Assembly: GCA_964609155.1 (NCBI GenBank)
Contig: CAZSRF010000007.1
Coordinates: forward strand, 839-64,838
Direction of reading: 5' to 3'
Length of the DNA stretch: 64,000 nt
Source of the DNA: an uncultured Gammaproteobacteria bacterium
GTDB taxonomy: Bacteria > Pseudomonadota > Gammaproteobacteria > JAGOUU01
The notes under the pieces were generated by a model. It saw only the letters and a list, made by a program, of their open reading frames with translations, did no database searches and was not told where the DNA came from. The translations under genes were made by a program, and so were the position numbers. Positions 52,437-61,799 of the stretch are shown one piece after another; position 1 is the first letter of the stretch, and every line of letters begins with the position of its first letter.

Positions 52437-53537
52437 TTAATCTAGACGATCTAACCACATCGCATCACCATAAGAATAAAATCTATATTTATTCTCAATG
52501 GCCTGTTGGTAATAATACCCAATATTATCTAAGCCAGCAAAGGCACTCACTAGCATCATTAAAGTAGAACCTGGCAGGTGAAAATTTGTCACCAGAGAAT
52601 CGACTATTTTAAATTTATAGCCTGGATAGATAAAAATATCTGTCTCACCCGTGATATCTTTAATCCCTGTAGACTGCTCTTTATTTGCTGCCTGATTATA
52701 AGCAACAAGATTTAAATCTGTATGATTTAAAATAACATCTGCGACTGATTCTAAACATCGTAGACTTGTGGTTCCTACAGCTACTATTTTATTTTTATTT
52801 TTTTGCACTCTTAAGATACTCTCAATAGTATCTGCTTTGATTTCATACACTTCACTGTGCATTTTGTGCTCTAAAATATTTTCTGTTCGGACTGGCTGAA
52901 ATGTTCCTGATCCCACGTGTAAAGTCACGTACTTAATTTCTATACCTTTTGCTTTAATCAAAGCTAATAATTCTTGATCAAAATGCAAACCAGCCGTGGG
53001 TGCTGCAACTGCCCCATCATTCTTAGCATAGACTGTCTGATAGCGCTCTTGATCTTCTATAGATAAATTTCTATTTATATAAGGCGGTAATGGTAAATGA
53101 CCATGTTTATTTAATAACTCTATCCATACATTATCCTTGTTTAATTTAATTAAAAACAAGTTGTCTTGCTTTTCAATGACTGTAATACTGTAGTTGTTAT
53201 CTATATTGACAACCAATCCAGGTTTAGGTGATTTATTAGCTTTTATATAAACTAGAGCTAAATTATTCTCCTGAATCCGTTCTAATAAAAACTCTATTTT
53301 AGCTCCTGTTAGTTTATGCCCATAGAATCTAGCTGGCAATACTTTGGTATTGTTTAACACCAATAAGTCACCTGGATTTAAGAGCTCTATAATATTTTTG
53401 AAATATGAATGGCTAATTTTATCGATGTTATCTCTATGATTCTCACATATCATCAGCCTACTCCCTGTACGATTAGGCGAAGGGAACTTTGCTATTAGTT
53501 CCTCAGGAAGCTCATAAGAAAATTGAGACAAGTGCAT
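52437..53537 (-). CDS. queA: S-adenosylmethionine:tRNA ribosyltransferase-isomerase
   Basis: Motifs FSYELPEELIA, PLPPYI, YQTVYA, AAPTAGLHF and GTTSLR. Confidence 0.95.
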   Translation of the reverse strand: MHLSQFSYELPEELIAKFPSPNRTGSRLMICENHRDNIDKISHSYFKNIIELLNPGDLLVLNNTKVLPARFYGHKLTGAKIEFLLERIQENNLALVYIKANKSPKPGLVVNIDNNYSITVIEKQDNLFLIKLNKDNVWIELLNKHGHLPLPPYINRNLSIEDQERYQTVYAKNDGAVAAPTAGLHFDQELLALIKAKGIEIKYVTLHVGSGTFQPVRTENILEHKMHSEVYEIKADTIESILRVQKNKNKIVAVGTTSLRCLESVADVILNHTDLNLVAYNQAANKEQSTGIKDITGETDIFIYPGYKFKIVDSLVTNFHLPGSTLMMLVSAFAGLDNIGYYYQQAIENKYRFYSYGDAMWLDRLD

Positions 53538-53673
53538 GTTCTAGCAGACTGATTAATATTAATAAAGCAAGATCTTATCATATCCTAACTAATATGCACT
53601 ATTAGTTTAAAATAAATCCTTACGAGTAATCTCTAAATTTGCCTCACCACCAACCTAATTTTAACAATTTCTA

Positions 53674-53682
53674 TGTTATAAT
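53674..53682 (+). promoter_or_regulatory. Candidate extended -10 promoter element (TGtTATAAT) upstream of leuS
   Basis: tgttataat lies 39 nt upstream of the leuS ATG. The AT-rich background makes such matches common. Confidence 0.3.
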
Positions 53683-53720
53683 GCCCAAATCACTGAGATA
53701 TAAGTAATAAAATATATACT

Positions 53721-56225
53721 ATGCAGAATCCAACTTCTCAATACAATCACAAAACTCTAGAGCCTGCCGTACAAAAATATTGGCAAGATCATAAATCTTT
53801 TGAAGTAACTGAAGATAAATCTAAAGAAAAGTTTTATTGCTTATCTATGCTGCCTTACCCTAGTGGCAACTTGCATATGGGACATGTAAGAAATTATTGC
53901 CTAGGTGACGTCATAGCCAGATTTTGGCGGATGAATGGTAAAAATGTTCTACACCCCATGGGATGGGATGCTTTTGGATTACCAGCAGAAAATGCAGCTA
54001 TTGAACGTAAAATTGCACCAAGTAAATGGACTTATCAAAATATTGATCATATGCGCGCTCAATTGAAGACCATAGGGTTCAGTTTTGATTGGACGCGTGA
54101 ATTTGCTACCTGCTCACCAGAGTATTACCGCTGGGAACAGTGGTTATTTACCAAATTATACAAAAAAGGGTTAGCTTATCAGAAGAAAAGCGTGGTTAAT
54201 TGGGATCCCGTTGACCAAACCGTCTTAGCTAATGAACAAGTAGTAGATGGTAAAGGCTGGCGTTCTGGTGCTACGATTGAGCGCCGAGAAATTAACCAGT
54301 GGTTTTTGAAAATAACCAGCTATGCTGATGAGTTATTAGACAGTCTAGATAATTTACCTGGTTGGCCTGAGCAAGTCAAAACTATGCAGCGCAATTGGAT
54401 TGGACGCTCACAAGGCACTAATATTTCTTTTAAAATTGAAGATGCACTGCTTTTAAAAAACTCATTAGAACAATTAACTGTTTATACTACAAGAGCCGAT
54501 ACTTTAATGGGGGTCTGTTTTGTTGCTGTTGCCCCTGGACACCCACTTGCTCTAGAAGCAGCAAAACAAAATTATCAACTATCTCAATTTTTAGATAAAT
54601 GTAAACAAATTAAAGTCGCCGAAGCCGATTTTGCAACCCTGGAAAAAGAAGGAATGCCCACTGGCTTTTTTTGCATTCATCCTATTACAAAACAACAGAT
54701 ACCTATTTGGGTGGGAAATTATGTCTTAATGGAATACGGCACTGGCGCAGTAATGGCAGTACCAGCTCATGATCAGCGAGATTTCGAATTTGCTAAAAAA
54801 TATCAAATAAATTTTACGCAAGTAGTCAAACCAGACAATAATCTTACATTTGACTTAACTCATGCCGCTTATACTGATTATGGTGTATTAATTAATTCTG
54901 GACAATTTGATAACTTATCTTCTCAGGATGCAATAGAAAAAATTACAAGTTATTTAATACAAAATAACTTAGGTGATAAAACTGTACATTATAGATTACG
55001 CGATTGGGGTGTTTCTCGCCAAAGATATTGGGGTGCACCCATCCCCATTATCTACTGCGATGCTTGCGGCATTCTACCTGTGCCTGAACACGATCTCCCT
55101 GTGTTACTACCTCCAAATATTGAGTTTACAGGCGCCAGCTCTTCTCTAGCAAATATCCCTGAGTTTTATCAAACCACTTGCCCACAATGCAACAAAATAG
55201 CAAAAAGGGAAACGGACACTTTTGATACTTTTATAGAATCATCTTGGTACTATGCTCGTTACACCTGTCCAGATCAACATAATAAAATATTGGATGAACG
55301 AGTGGACTATTGGGGGCAAGTTGATCAATACATCGGAGGAATTGAACATGCTATTATGCACCTGCTTTATGCTCGATTTTTTCATAAAGTCATGCGAGAT
55401 GAAAATCTAGTACACACTGATGAGCCTTTCAAGAATTTATTAACTCAAGGAATGGTACTCAAAGACGGTTCAAAAATGTCAAAGTCAAAAGGCAATACCG
55501 TATCACCGGTTGAACTTATTGAAAAATACGGTGCGGATACAGTACGTCTATTTAGCATGTTCGCCGCCCCTCCAGAACAATCTCTTGAATATTCTGATTC
55601 TGGGGTTGAAGGCTCTTACAGATTTTTGAGAAAACTGTGGACCATTACACACGATTATCTAGCTAAACCGGTTGCAAAAGAAGCTTTAAATACCAGCTGT
55701 AACTTTAAAACAAATGAATTAACAACACTGCAAAAAGAAATTAGATACAAAACCCATAGCGTTTTGCAAAAAACTAGTCAAGATTATGCAAAAAAATATG
55801 CTTTTAACACCGTAGTCTCTGCAGTCATGGAGTTAATAAATCTTTTAAGTAAATTTAATATTAATTCTCTTCAAGATAGCCTTGTTTTTCTGGAAGCTTT
55901 AAGAGTCGCTATTTGTATTCTAGCCCCCATTACTCCACATATTTGTCATGAACTTTGGCTTATGTTAAACCCTAATACAAATATACCAGTGATAGATCAA
56001 AAATGGCCTAAAGTTGATGAGAATGCATTAGTAACAGATCTCCTCACTCTTGCAGTGCAAGTGAATGGTAAAGTTAGAGCCAATATTACTGTTGCAACTA
56101 ATGCAGACAATATGAGTATAGAAACAGCAGCATTAGATCACTCTAATGTCAAAAAGCATATTGCTGATACTAAAATTAAAAAAATTATTATTGTCCCTAA
56201 AAAACTGATAAATATTGTTATATAA
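53721..56225 (+). CDS. leuS: Leucine--tRNA ligase
   Basis: HMGH (HIGH) and KMSKS motifs, CP1 editing domain, bacterial-type length. Confidence 0.98.
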   Translation: MQNPTSQYNHKTLEPAVQKYWQDHKSFEVTEDKSKEKFYCLSMLPYPSGNLHMGHVRNYCLGDVIARFWRMNGKNVLHPMGWDAFGLPAENAAIERKIAPSKWTYQNIDHMRAQLKTIGFSFDWTREFATCSPEYYRWEQWLFTKLYKKGLAYQKKSVVNWDPVDQTVLANEQVVDGKGWRSGATIERREINQWFLKITSYADELLDSLDNLPGWPEQVKTMQRNWIGRSQGTNISFKIEDALLLKNSLEQLTVYTTRADTLMGVCFVAVAPGHPLALEAAKQNYQLSQFLDKCKQIKVAEADFATLEKEGMPTGFFCIHPITKQQIPIWVGNYVLMEYGTGAVMAVPAHDQRDFEFAKKYQINFTQVVKPDNNLTFDLTHAAYTDYGVLINSGQFDNLSSQDAIEKITSYLIQNNLGDKTVHYRLRDWGVSRQRYWGAPIPIIYCDACGILPVPEHDLPVLLPPNIEFTGASSSLANIPEFYQTTCPQCNKIAKRETDTFDTFIESSWYYARYTCPDQHNKILDERVDYWGQVDQYIGGIEHAIMHLLYARFFHKVMRDENLVHTDEPFKNLLTQGMVLKDGSKMSKSKGNTVSPVELIEKYGADTVRLFSMFAAPPEQSLEYSDSGVEGSYRFLRKLWTITHDYLAKPVAKEALNTSCNFKTNELTTLQKEIRYKTHSVLQKTSQDYAKKYAFNTVVSAVMELINLLSKFNINSLQDSLVFLEALRVAICILAPITPHICHELWLMLNPNTNIPVIDQKWPKVDENALVTDLLTLAVQVNGKVRANITVATNADNMSIETAALDHSNVKKHIADTKIKKIIIVPKKLINIVI

Positions 56226-56255
56226 AGGCAACTACTAATCTAACGAGTTAACAAC

Positions 56256-56813
56256 ATGAATAATCTACCCACCTTGTATCGTTCATTACCGTTAATAATA
56301 GCCTTATTATTAACCGGCTGCGGGTTTCATTTGCGCGGTTGGGAACAAGATAAACTATCGACCATTAAAGATGTTACCTTAAATTATACTACTATTAATA
56401 GCACTTACCTAAATAATAAATTTATTGATGGACTTATCTCAAGATTACGTGGCAACCGCATTCAAGTTAATGCCATTGGTTATGGGTCCAACTCTTCTTT
56501 AGATACTACGCACTCTAATCATGCACAATATACAATAGAAATATTAACTGCTGAGTACTCTAAAAAAATTATTTCAACTGGAAGCACCCAATCAGTAACT
56601 CAATATAAATTAAGTTTTAATACTACGTTCAAAGTATTTAAAGCAGATAAACTCATTTTAAATAATCAGGTTATCAATGCTCAGCGTAACTATAATTACC
56701 AAGCAAATCAGATCCTTGGTATTAATTACGAAGAAGATACAATAGCCACTGAATTAATTCAGGAAGTAGCAGATAGAATTATGAATCAACTTATTCTCGC
56801 TAAAAATAAATAG
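56256..56813 (+). CDS. lptE: LPS-assembly lipoprotein LptE
   Basis: Lipobox LLLTGCGFHLRG, as in LptE/RlpB, in the conserved leuS-lptE-holA position. Confidence 0.85.
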   Translation: MNNLPTLYRSLPLIIALLLTGCGFHLRGWEQDKLSTIKDVTLNYTTINSTYLNNKFIDGLISRLRGNRIQVNAIGYGSNSSLDTTHSNHAQYTIEILTAEYSKKIISTGSTQSVTQYKLSFNTTFKVFKADKLILNNQVINAQRNYNYQANQILGINYEEDTIATELIQEVADRIMNQLILAKNK

Positions 56814-56829
56814 AGATTACATATCCAAA

Positions 56830-57942
56830 ATGCAACTCAACCAAAATCAATTAATATCTTATCTAAATAATAAGAAAAATAGTTTTTCTAATATACATTT
56901 TTTTTTGTTACATAGTGACGATACCTTCTTATTGCAAGACTATGCTAAACAATTAAAACAACATATTATACCTAGTTTATCTTTATCTCATGCTTCACAG
57001 ACACAACGTATAGAAAGTACAGAAAATACAGAAAATACAGAAAATACAGAAATAGTAAAAATAATTTTTCATATCGACTCCAGCACAGACTGGCTTGCTA
57101 TTCTCAATACTATCAACACGCCTGGGCTATTTAGTGAAAAACAACTTATTGAAATCCATTTTCTTAATAAAATAACACTTGATGAACAAAAATATTTAAT
57201 GCAGCTTGCAAAAACGGTTCATAATAATCCAGATCTACTTTGTGTAATACTATACCCATACAAACTAGACAGCCAAGCTTTAAAACAAAAATGGATAACC
57301 ACTTTAGACGAATATGGTTTAATAATAACTATATGGCCTCTTTCGTCTGTAGATTACCCCAAATGGCTTTCCAACCAAGCACAAAAATATAAAATTAGTT
57401 TTAGTGATCAGATGGTATTTGATTATTTTTGTCAAAAAACTATGAGTAACCCTAATGTTGCTGATCAGACATTATATAAGCTACAATTACAAAATATTTG
57501 TATAGTTAATCAAGACCTGTTGACTGCTATCCTTTCCGAACATGCTAACTATGATATATTTGACCTCATCGATAACTACTTATTAGGCAATATAAAACAA
57601 GCACTTATTATTTTAAACTTGTTAAAAAGCAATACTGAACCTTTATTAATTCTCTGGGCCCTGCGTAAAGAACTACATACTCTTACTACTATTAATGAGC
57701 AATCTTTGGCTACAAATCCTCCTACCCCTTTTGGTAATATTATTAAAAATTTAAAATTATGGTCAAATAAAATTAATATTATTAATACGGCCCTTAAAAA
57801 ATATGATCTCAAAGCACTTTACAAGATTCTCGATAAGATTGCCTCTACAGAGCCGCTGATTAAAACAGAGAATAATCCTGACTTTATTTGGCAGCAACTT
57901 AATGAAATTTTACTGTTTAATACTGTTGTACTATCTGAGTAA
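56830..57942 (+). CDS. holA: DNA polymerase III subunit delta
   Basis: Position after lptE and size/pattern of HolA (FLLHSDDTFLLQDY, FDLIDNYLLGN). Confidence 0.8.
   Translation: MQLNQNQLISYLNNKKNSFSNIHFFLLHSDDTFLLQDYAKQLKQHIIPSLSLSHASQTQRIESTENTENTENTEIVKIIFHIDSSTDWLAILNTINTPGLFSEKQLIEIHFLNKITLDEQKYLMQLAKTVHNNPDLLCVILYPYKLDSQALKQKWITTLDEYGLIITIWPLSSVDYPKWLSNQAQKYKISFSDQMVFDYFCQKTMSNPNVADQTLYKLQLQNICIVNQDLLTAILSEHANYDIFDLIDNYLLGNIKQALIILNLLKSNTEPLLILWALRKELHTLTTINEQSLATNPPTPFGNIIKNLKLWSNKINIINTALKKYDLKALYKILDKIASTEPLIKTENNPDFIWQQLNEILLFNTVVLSE
57019..57054. repeat. In-frame 9-bp tandem repeat (acagaaaat x3 plus a degenerate copy), encoding (TEN)n inside holA
   Basis: Direct reading of the sequence. 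The protein reads STENTENTENTEI. Confidence 0.9.
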
Positions 57943-58046
57943 ATTTGATTGCATGTACAACACAAAGCCATTTGACAAACTTTTTAATTCTCTAAAAATC
58001 AAGGCTGGAATTTACATTCTTAACTATTTAAGCCTAGAATAATAAC

Positions 58047-59231
58047 ATGCATAAAAGAAAATTTATCTTTCTAATAGTATTAATTTTTACTTTTGGTCAA
58101 ATTGCGACTGATTTATACCTACCCTCTTTAAATCATATTGCTGCAAGTTTTTCCTCCAATACCGCAATGGCTCAACTGTCTATAACTATTTATATAATCA
58201 GCGCTGTATTTTCTCAACCTGTCTACGGAGTAGCCTCCGATGGCTATGGCCGTAAGCCTTCTTTAATTTTGGGAATGACTTTAGCAAGCCTTGGTACCTT
58301 AATTTGCTTATTTGCAAATACCATAAATATTTTCTTACTCGGGCGATTTATTCAAGGCCTAGGAGCGGGTGTGGGATCAACAGTCTGCAGAGCGATCATG
58401 CGCGATTCTTTTTCGGGAAGAGAACTCATCACAGCAAATTCCCATTTAGCTGTTTCTAATATAGCATTTATGATTTGTGCCCCTGTCATGGGTGGCTATA
58501 TAGCTTATTATATAAACTGGCGATGCTGCTTTGTCTTATTACTAATTCTTGCTCTAACTAATCTCATTTCAGTCATTTTTTCTTTACCAGAAACAAGCAA
58601 AAAGCATGGCAGGCATAACTTAAAACCTAGAATCATTATTAATAACTTTGCAAGTTTATTAAAATCTCATAATTTTTTATTTTATAGCTTTTGTTCTTTT
58701 ATGACTTTCGGCGGTATTATGGCATGGACAACAGCAGGGCCAATTTTACTACATAAAATTTATAATGTAAGTCAAATTCATATAGGCTGGATTTATTTTA
58801 TTATAGGTTTTTGTTACATCATAGGTAATATTTTTAACCGAAAAACTGTTTACCGAGTAGGAATGAATAACATGATTAAATATGGCTTTGCTATACAATT
58901 TGTATCAGGTTTAGTTTTATTATTAATATATCTATCTCATATCGCTTATATTTACGCTTTAATCATACCTGTTGCAAGCTATACATTTGCCTCCAGTTTA
59001 ATAGCGCCAAATGCCAGTGTTGGAGCAATAAATGACTTTACAGATATATCAGGTACAGCATCAGCTCTTTTAAGCATGCTACAGAATCTTGGGGCGGTCT
59101 TTTTTAGTCTTATGATGATTATCTTTAAAGCCCAATCTATATTACCCTTTGCTATTTGCCTTACAGCTATTGGATTAATTGCATTGCTAGGGAACTTTGT
59201 TTTAAAGCATGATCAAATCACTATAGCTTAA
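58047..59231 (+). CDS. MFS transporter, Bcr/CflA-like drug:H+ antiporter family
   Basis: 12 TM segments, DLYLPSL, motif A-like GVASDGYGRKP, and FIQGLGAGVGS. Confidence 0.85.
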   Translation: MHKRKFIFLIVLIFTFGQIATDLYLPSLNHIAASFSSNTAMAQLSITIYIISAVFSQPVYGVASDGYGRKPSLILGMTLASLGTLICLFANTINIFLLGRFIQGLGAGVGSTVCRAIMRDSFSGRELITANSHLAVSNIAFMICAPVMGGYIAYYINWRCCFVLLLILALTNLISVIFSLPETSKKHGRHNLKPRIIINNFASLLKSHNFLFYSFCSFMTFGGIMAWTTAGPILLHKIYNVSQIHIGWIYFIIGFCYIIGNIFNRKTVYRVGMNNMIKYGFAIQFVSGLVLLLIYLSHIAYIYALIIPVASYTFASSLIAPNASVGAINDFTDISGTASALLSMLQNLGAVFFSLMMIIFKAQSILPFAICLTAIGLIALLGNFVLKHDQITIA

Positions 59232-59243
59232 TTTAAATACATA

Positions 59244-60299
59244 TCATTGAACAATATTCGAAAGAATCTCATCATTTTTTTCTATTATATTCCAACGCCA
59301 AGATTCGACTGGATCAATTTGTTTATAATTATTACCCCAAGTACAATTTTCCGTAAAAGTATTTTGACTACATTTATCTTTATATACCAATATAAAATTA
59401 TAAGCTGTTAGAATGCTACACCCATCTTTAGTTTTAAAGTTCAATAGATCACTTTGCTGCTTTTGCGCTAACTTTGCAATGATAAATAAAGCTTCCAAAT
59501 TAAACAAACTGTAAGTTAAAGATCGTGTCCTTGTTAATTCTAATGGTTGTTTACCATCAGGTTCGATTTGTTTTGCAATAATATTTGATTTTGTATCTTC
59601 AATAATTTTTTCTACATAATCTTGCTTATTTAAAAATAATGCTATAGCTAATACTTGTGCGTTGTACCAAGTATGATGGTTATTTTCAAGTTTACTAGCC
59701 TCTATTCCCATATTACTGTTTGTAAGCCATGTAAAATATTTTTCTAGCCAATCTTTAAATTTCTGATAATCACCCTCTGACAAAGATTTAGATTCTAATA
59801 GAATAGGCACAACCTCTAACAAACTTATAAGATATCTAAACTCTACTATGCCTGAAGATTCACCTTGATTATTATTTACACCTAATCTAACTTGAGCATA
59901 ATTTAAATTTGGCTCCATACTGGTGTTATTATCTAAAAACCATAAATTTAAAAATCTTACCGCAATATCTGCCGTGTTTTTATCTTTGGTTACTTTATAT
60001 TCTTTAGAAAAATTAATTATATTATCAATTGTTTTTTTTAAACATCCAGCATCACCTTGTTTTACTAAATCTACATTACGAATGCCATCTTTTTTTATAT
60101 AGGGCAAACCATCTGGCTTATTAGGATCTGGCCACCAATATGGTGAATAGCTAATGTAATTATGATTATTAAAGTTTGATAAAGATACTTTTTTATCCAT
60201 TATTGAGCAAAAAACCAATTTATTTCCAGAGTAACTAATATTTAAAGCTGTTAACAATAGAATTATTTTAATTAAAGCCACAAATCTTCTATATAGCAT
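59244..60299 (-). CDS. Alginate-lyase-family (polysaccharide lyase) protein, secreted
   Basis: Signal peptide, WPDPNKPDGLPYIKKDG, and NNHHTWYNAQVLAIALF resembling the NNHSYW motif of AlgL-type lyases. Confidence 0.6.
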   Translation of the reverse strand: MLYRRFVALIKIILLLTALNISYSGNKLVFCSIMDKKVSLSNFNNHNYISYSPYWWPDPNKPDGLPYIKKDGIRNVDLVKQGDAGCLKKTIDNIINFSKEYKVTKDKNTADIAVRFLNLWFLDNNTSMEPNLNYAQVRLGVNNNQGESSGIVEFRYLISLLEVVPILLESKSLSEGDYQKFKDWLEKYFTWLTNSNMGIEASKLENNHHTWYNAQVLAIALFLNKQDYVEKIIEDTKSNIIAKQIEPDGKQPLELTRTRSLTYSLFNLEALFIIAKLAQKQQSDLLNFKTKDGCSILTAYNFILVYKDKCSQNTFTENCTWGNNYKQIDPVESWRWNIIEKNDEILSNIVQ

Positions 60300-60349
60300 A
60301 CTTATTTCTATTTAATCTTTAATTTAAAATTTTAAATAATTACTGTTTA

Positions 60350-61735
60350 TTAAATAATAAAATCTAAAACTTCAGAAATATTATTAATCACTTGCGTCTT
60401 TAAGCCTGGAAACTCACCTTTAGGTAAATTTAATTTTGGTAATATTGCTGTTTTGAAACCATGTTTTTGTGCTTCTTGCAACCGCATGGCTGCTGATTGA
60501 ATAGGTCTTAATTCACCACCTAATCCTAACTCGCCTATAATAATAGTATCGTTTGGAATTGGTCTATTTTTTAAACTAGATATAACCGCGCAAGCAATAG
60601 CCAAATCTGCAGCTGTTTCATTTATCTTTACTCCACCTACTACATTAATAAAAACATCTTGATCATATGTAAAGATACCACTATGTCGGTGTAACACTGC
60701 TAAACACATAATAAGTCTTGCGTGTTCTATCCCTACGCATATACGACGAGGGTTTCCTAAATGGCTTTTATCGACCAAAGCTTGCACTTCTACTAATAAA
60801 GGCCTTGTGCCCTCCCAAGATGCAGTAACCACGCTCCCTGGAGTAGGATTGTCTGTTTTCTGTAAAAAAATGGCTGAAGGATTAGTAACTGCTTTTAAAC
60901 CTTTATCACCCATTACAAATAAACCTAACTCATTTACAGCACCAAATCTATTTTTAACAGCGCGCAACGCTCTGTACCTACTATCACCCTGCCCTTCAAA
61001 ATAAAGTACAGTATCAACCATATGCTCTAAAACTCTAGGACCTGCTATAGCACCTTCTTTAGTGACATGACCTACTATAAATAACGCAGTACCTGTTTGT
61101 TTAGCATATTGTACCAATTGCGCTGCTGACTCTCTGACTTGACTCACGGAGCCAGGAGCTGAGCTAACTTGAGAACAACACACTGTTTGTATGGAATCTA
61201 TAATAATAACTTTAGGTTTTATTTTTCCTGCCTGAGTAATAATATTATCAATATGGATCTCAGAGAATAATTTTAAATTAGTCTCAGTAATGTCTAATCT
61301 TGCTCCTCGCAATACTACTTGTTGTAAAGACTCCTCCCCCGTAACATAGAGAACTTCTAAGTTCTGTGATAAAACATCAGCTGCTTGTAATAAAAGGGTA
61401 GATTTTCCGATTCCAGGATCACCGCCTATTAAGACAACTGAACCAGCTACAAGCCCCCCTCCAAGCACGCGATCTAACTCTGATATTCCAGTTGTAATTT
61501 TAATAGATTCTTGTAAGTCTACCTCTGCAAAGCTACGCACTGTGTTTTCATCAACCCCTGCATATCCCCTATAAGAATTATAATTTGAATTATTAGAGTT
61601 CTTAGCGGTAATCACCACTTCAGTAAAACTATTCCATGCTTGGCAATCCCCACATTGTCCATTCCATTTGGACTCCTGGTTACCACAGTGCTGACATTCG
61701 TATATCTTTTTAGTTTTAGCGACTTTTGGTGACAT
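60350..61735 (-). CDS. radA: DNA repair protein RadA
   Basis: Zinc finger (YECQHCG...CGDC), Walker A GDPGIGKST, KNRFG, and a Lon-like C-terminus. The track ORF runs to 61864. ATG 61735 (MSPKVAKTKK) gives the canonical N-terminus. Confidence 0.95.
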   Translation of the reverse strand: MSPKVAKTKKIYECQHCGNQESKWNGQCGDCQAWNSFTEVVITAKNSNNSNYNSYRGYAGVDENTVRSFAEVDLQESIKITTGISELDRVLGGGLVAGSVVLIGGDPGIGKSTLLLQAADVLSQNLEVLYVTGEESLQQVVLRGARLDITETNLKLFSEIHIDNIITQAGKIKPKVIIIDSIQTVCCSQVSSAPGSVSQVRESAAQLVQYAKQTGTALFIVGHVTKEGAIAGPRVLEHMVDTVLYFEGQGDSRYRALRAVKNRFGAVNELGLFVMGDKGLKAVTNPSAIFLQKTDNPTPGSVVTASWEGTRPLLVEVQALVDKSHLGNPRRICVGIEHARLIMCLAVLHRHSGIFTYDQDVFINVVGGVKINETAADLAIACAVISSLKNRPIPNDTIIIGELGLGGELRPIQSAAMRLQEAQKHGFKTAILPKLNLPKGEFPGLKTQVINNISEVLDFII

Positions 61736-61799
61736 TTTTAAAATAATGCTGATTATGTTAATATATTTGCGATTAACAGTATTACATCTAGGGACTACC

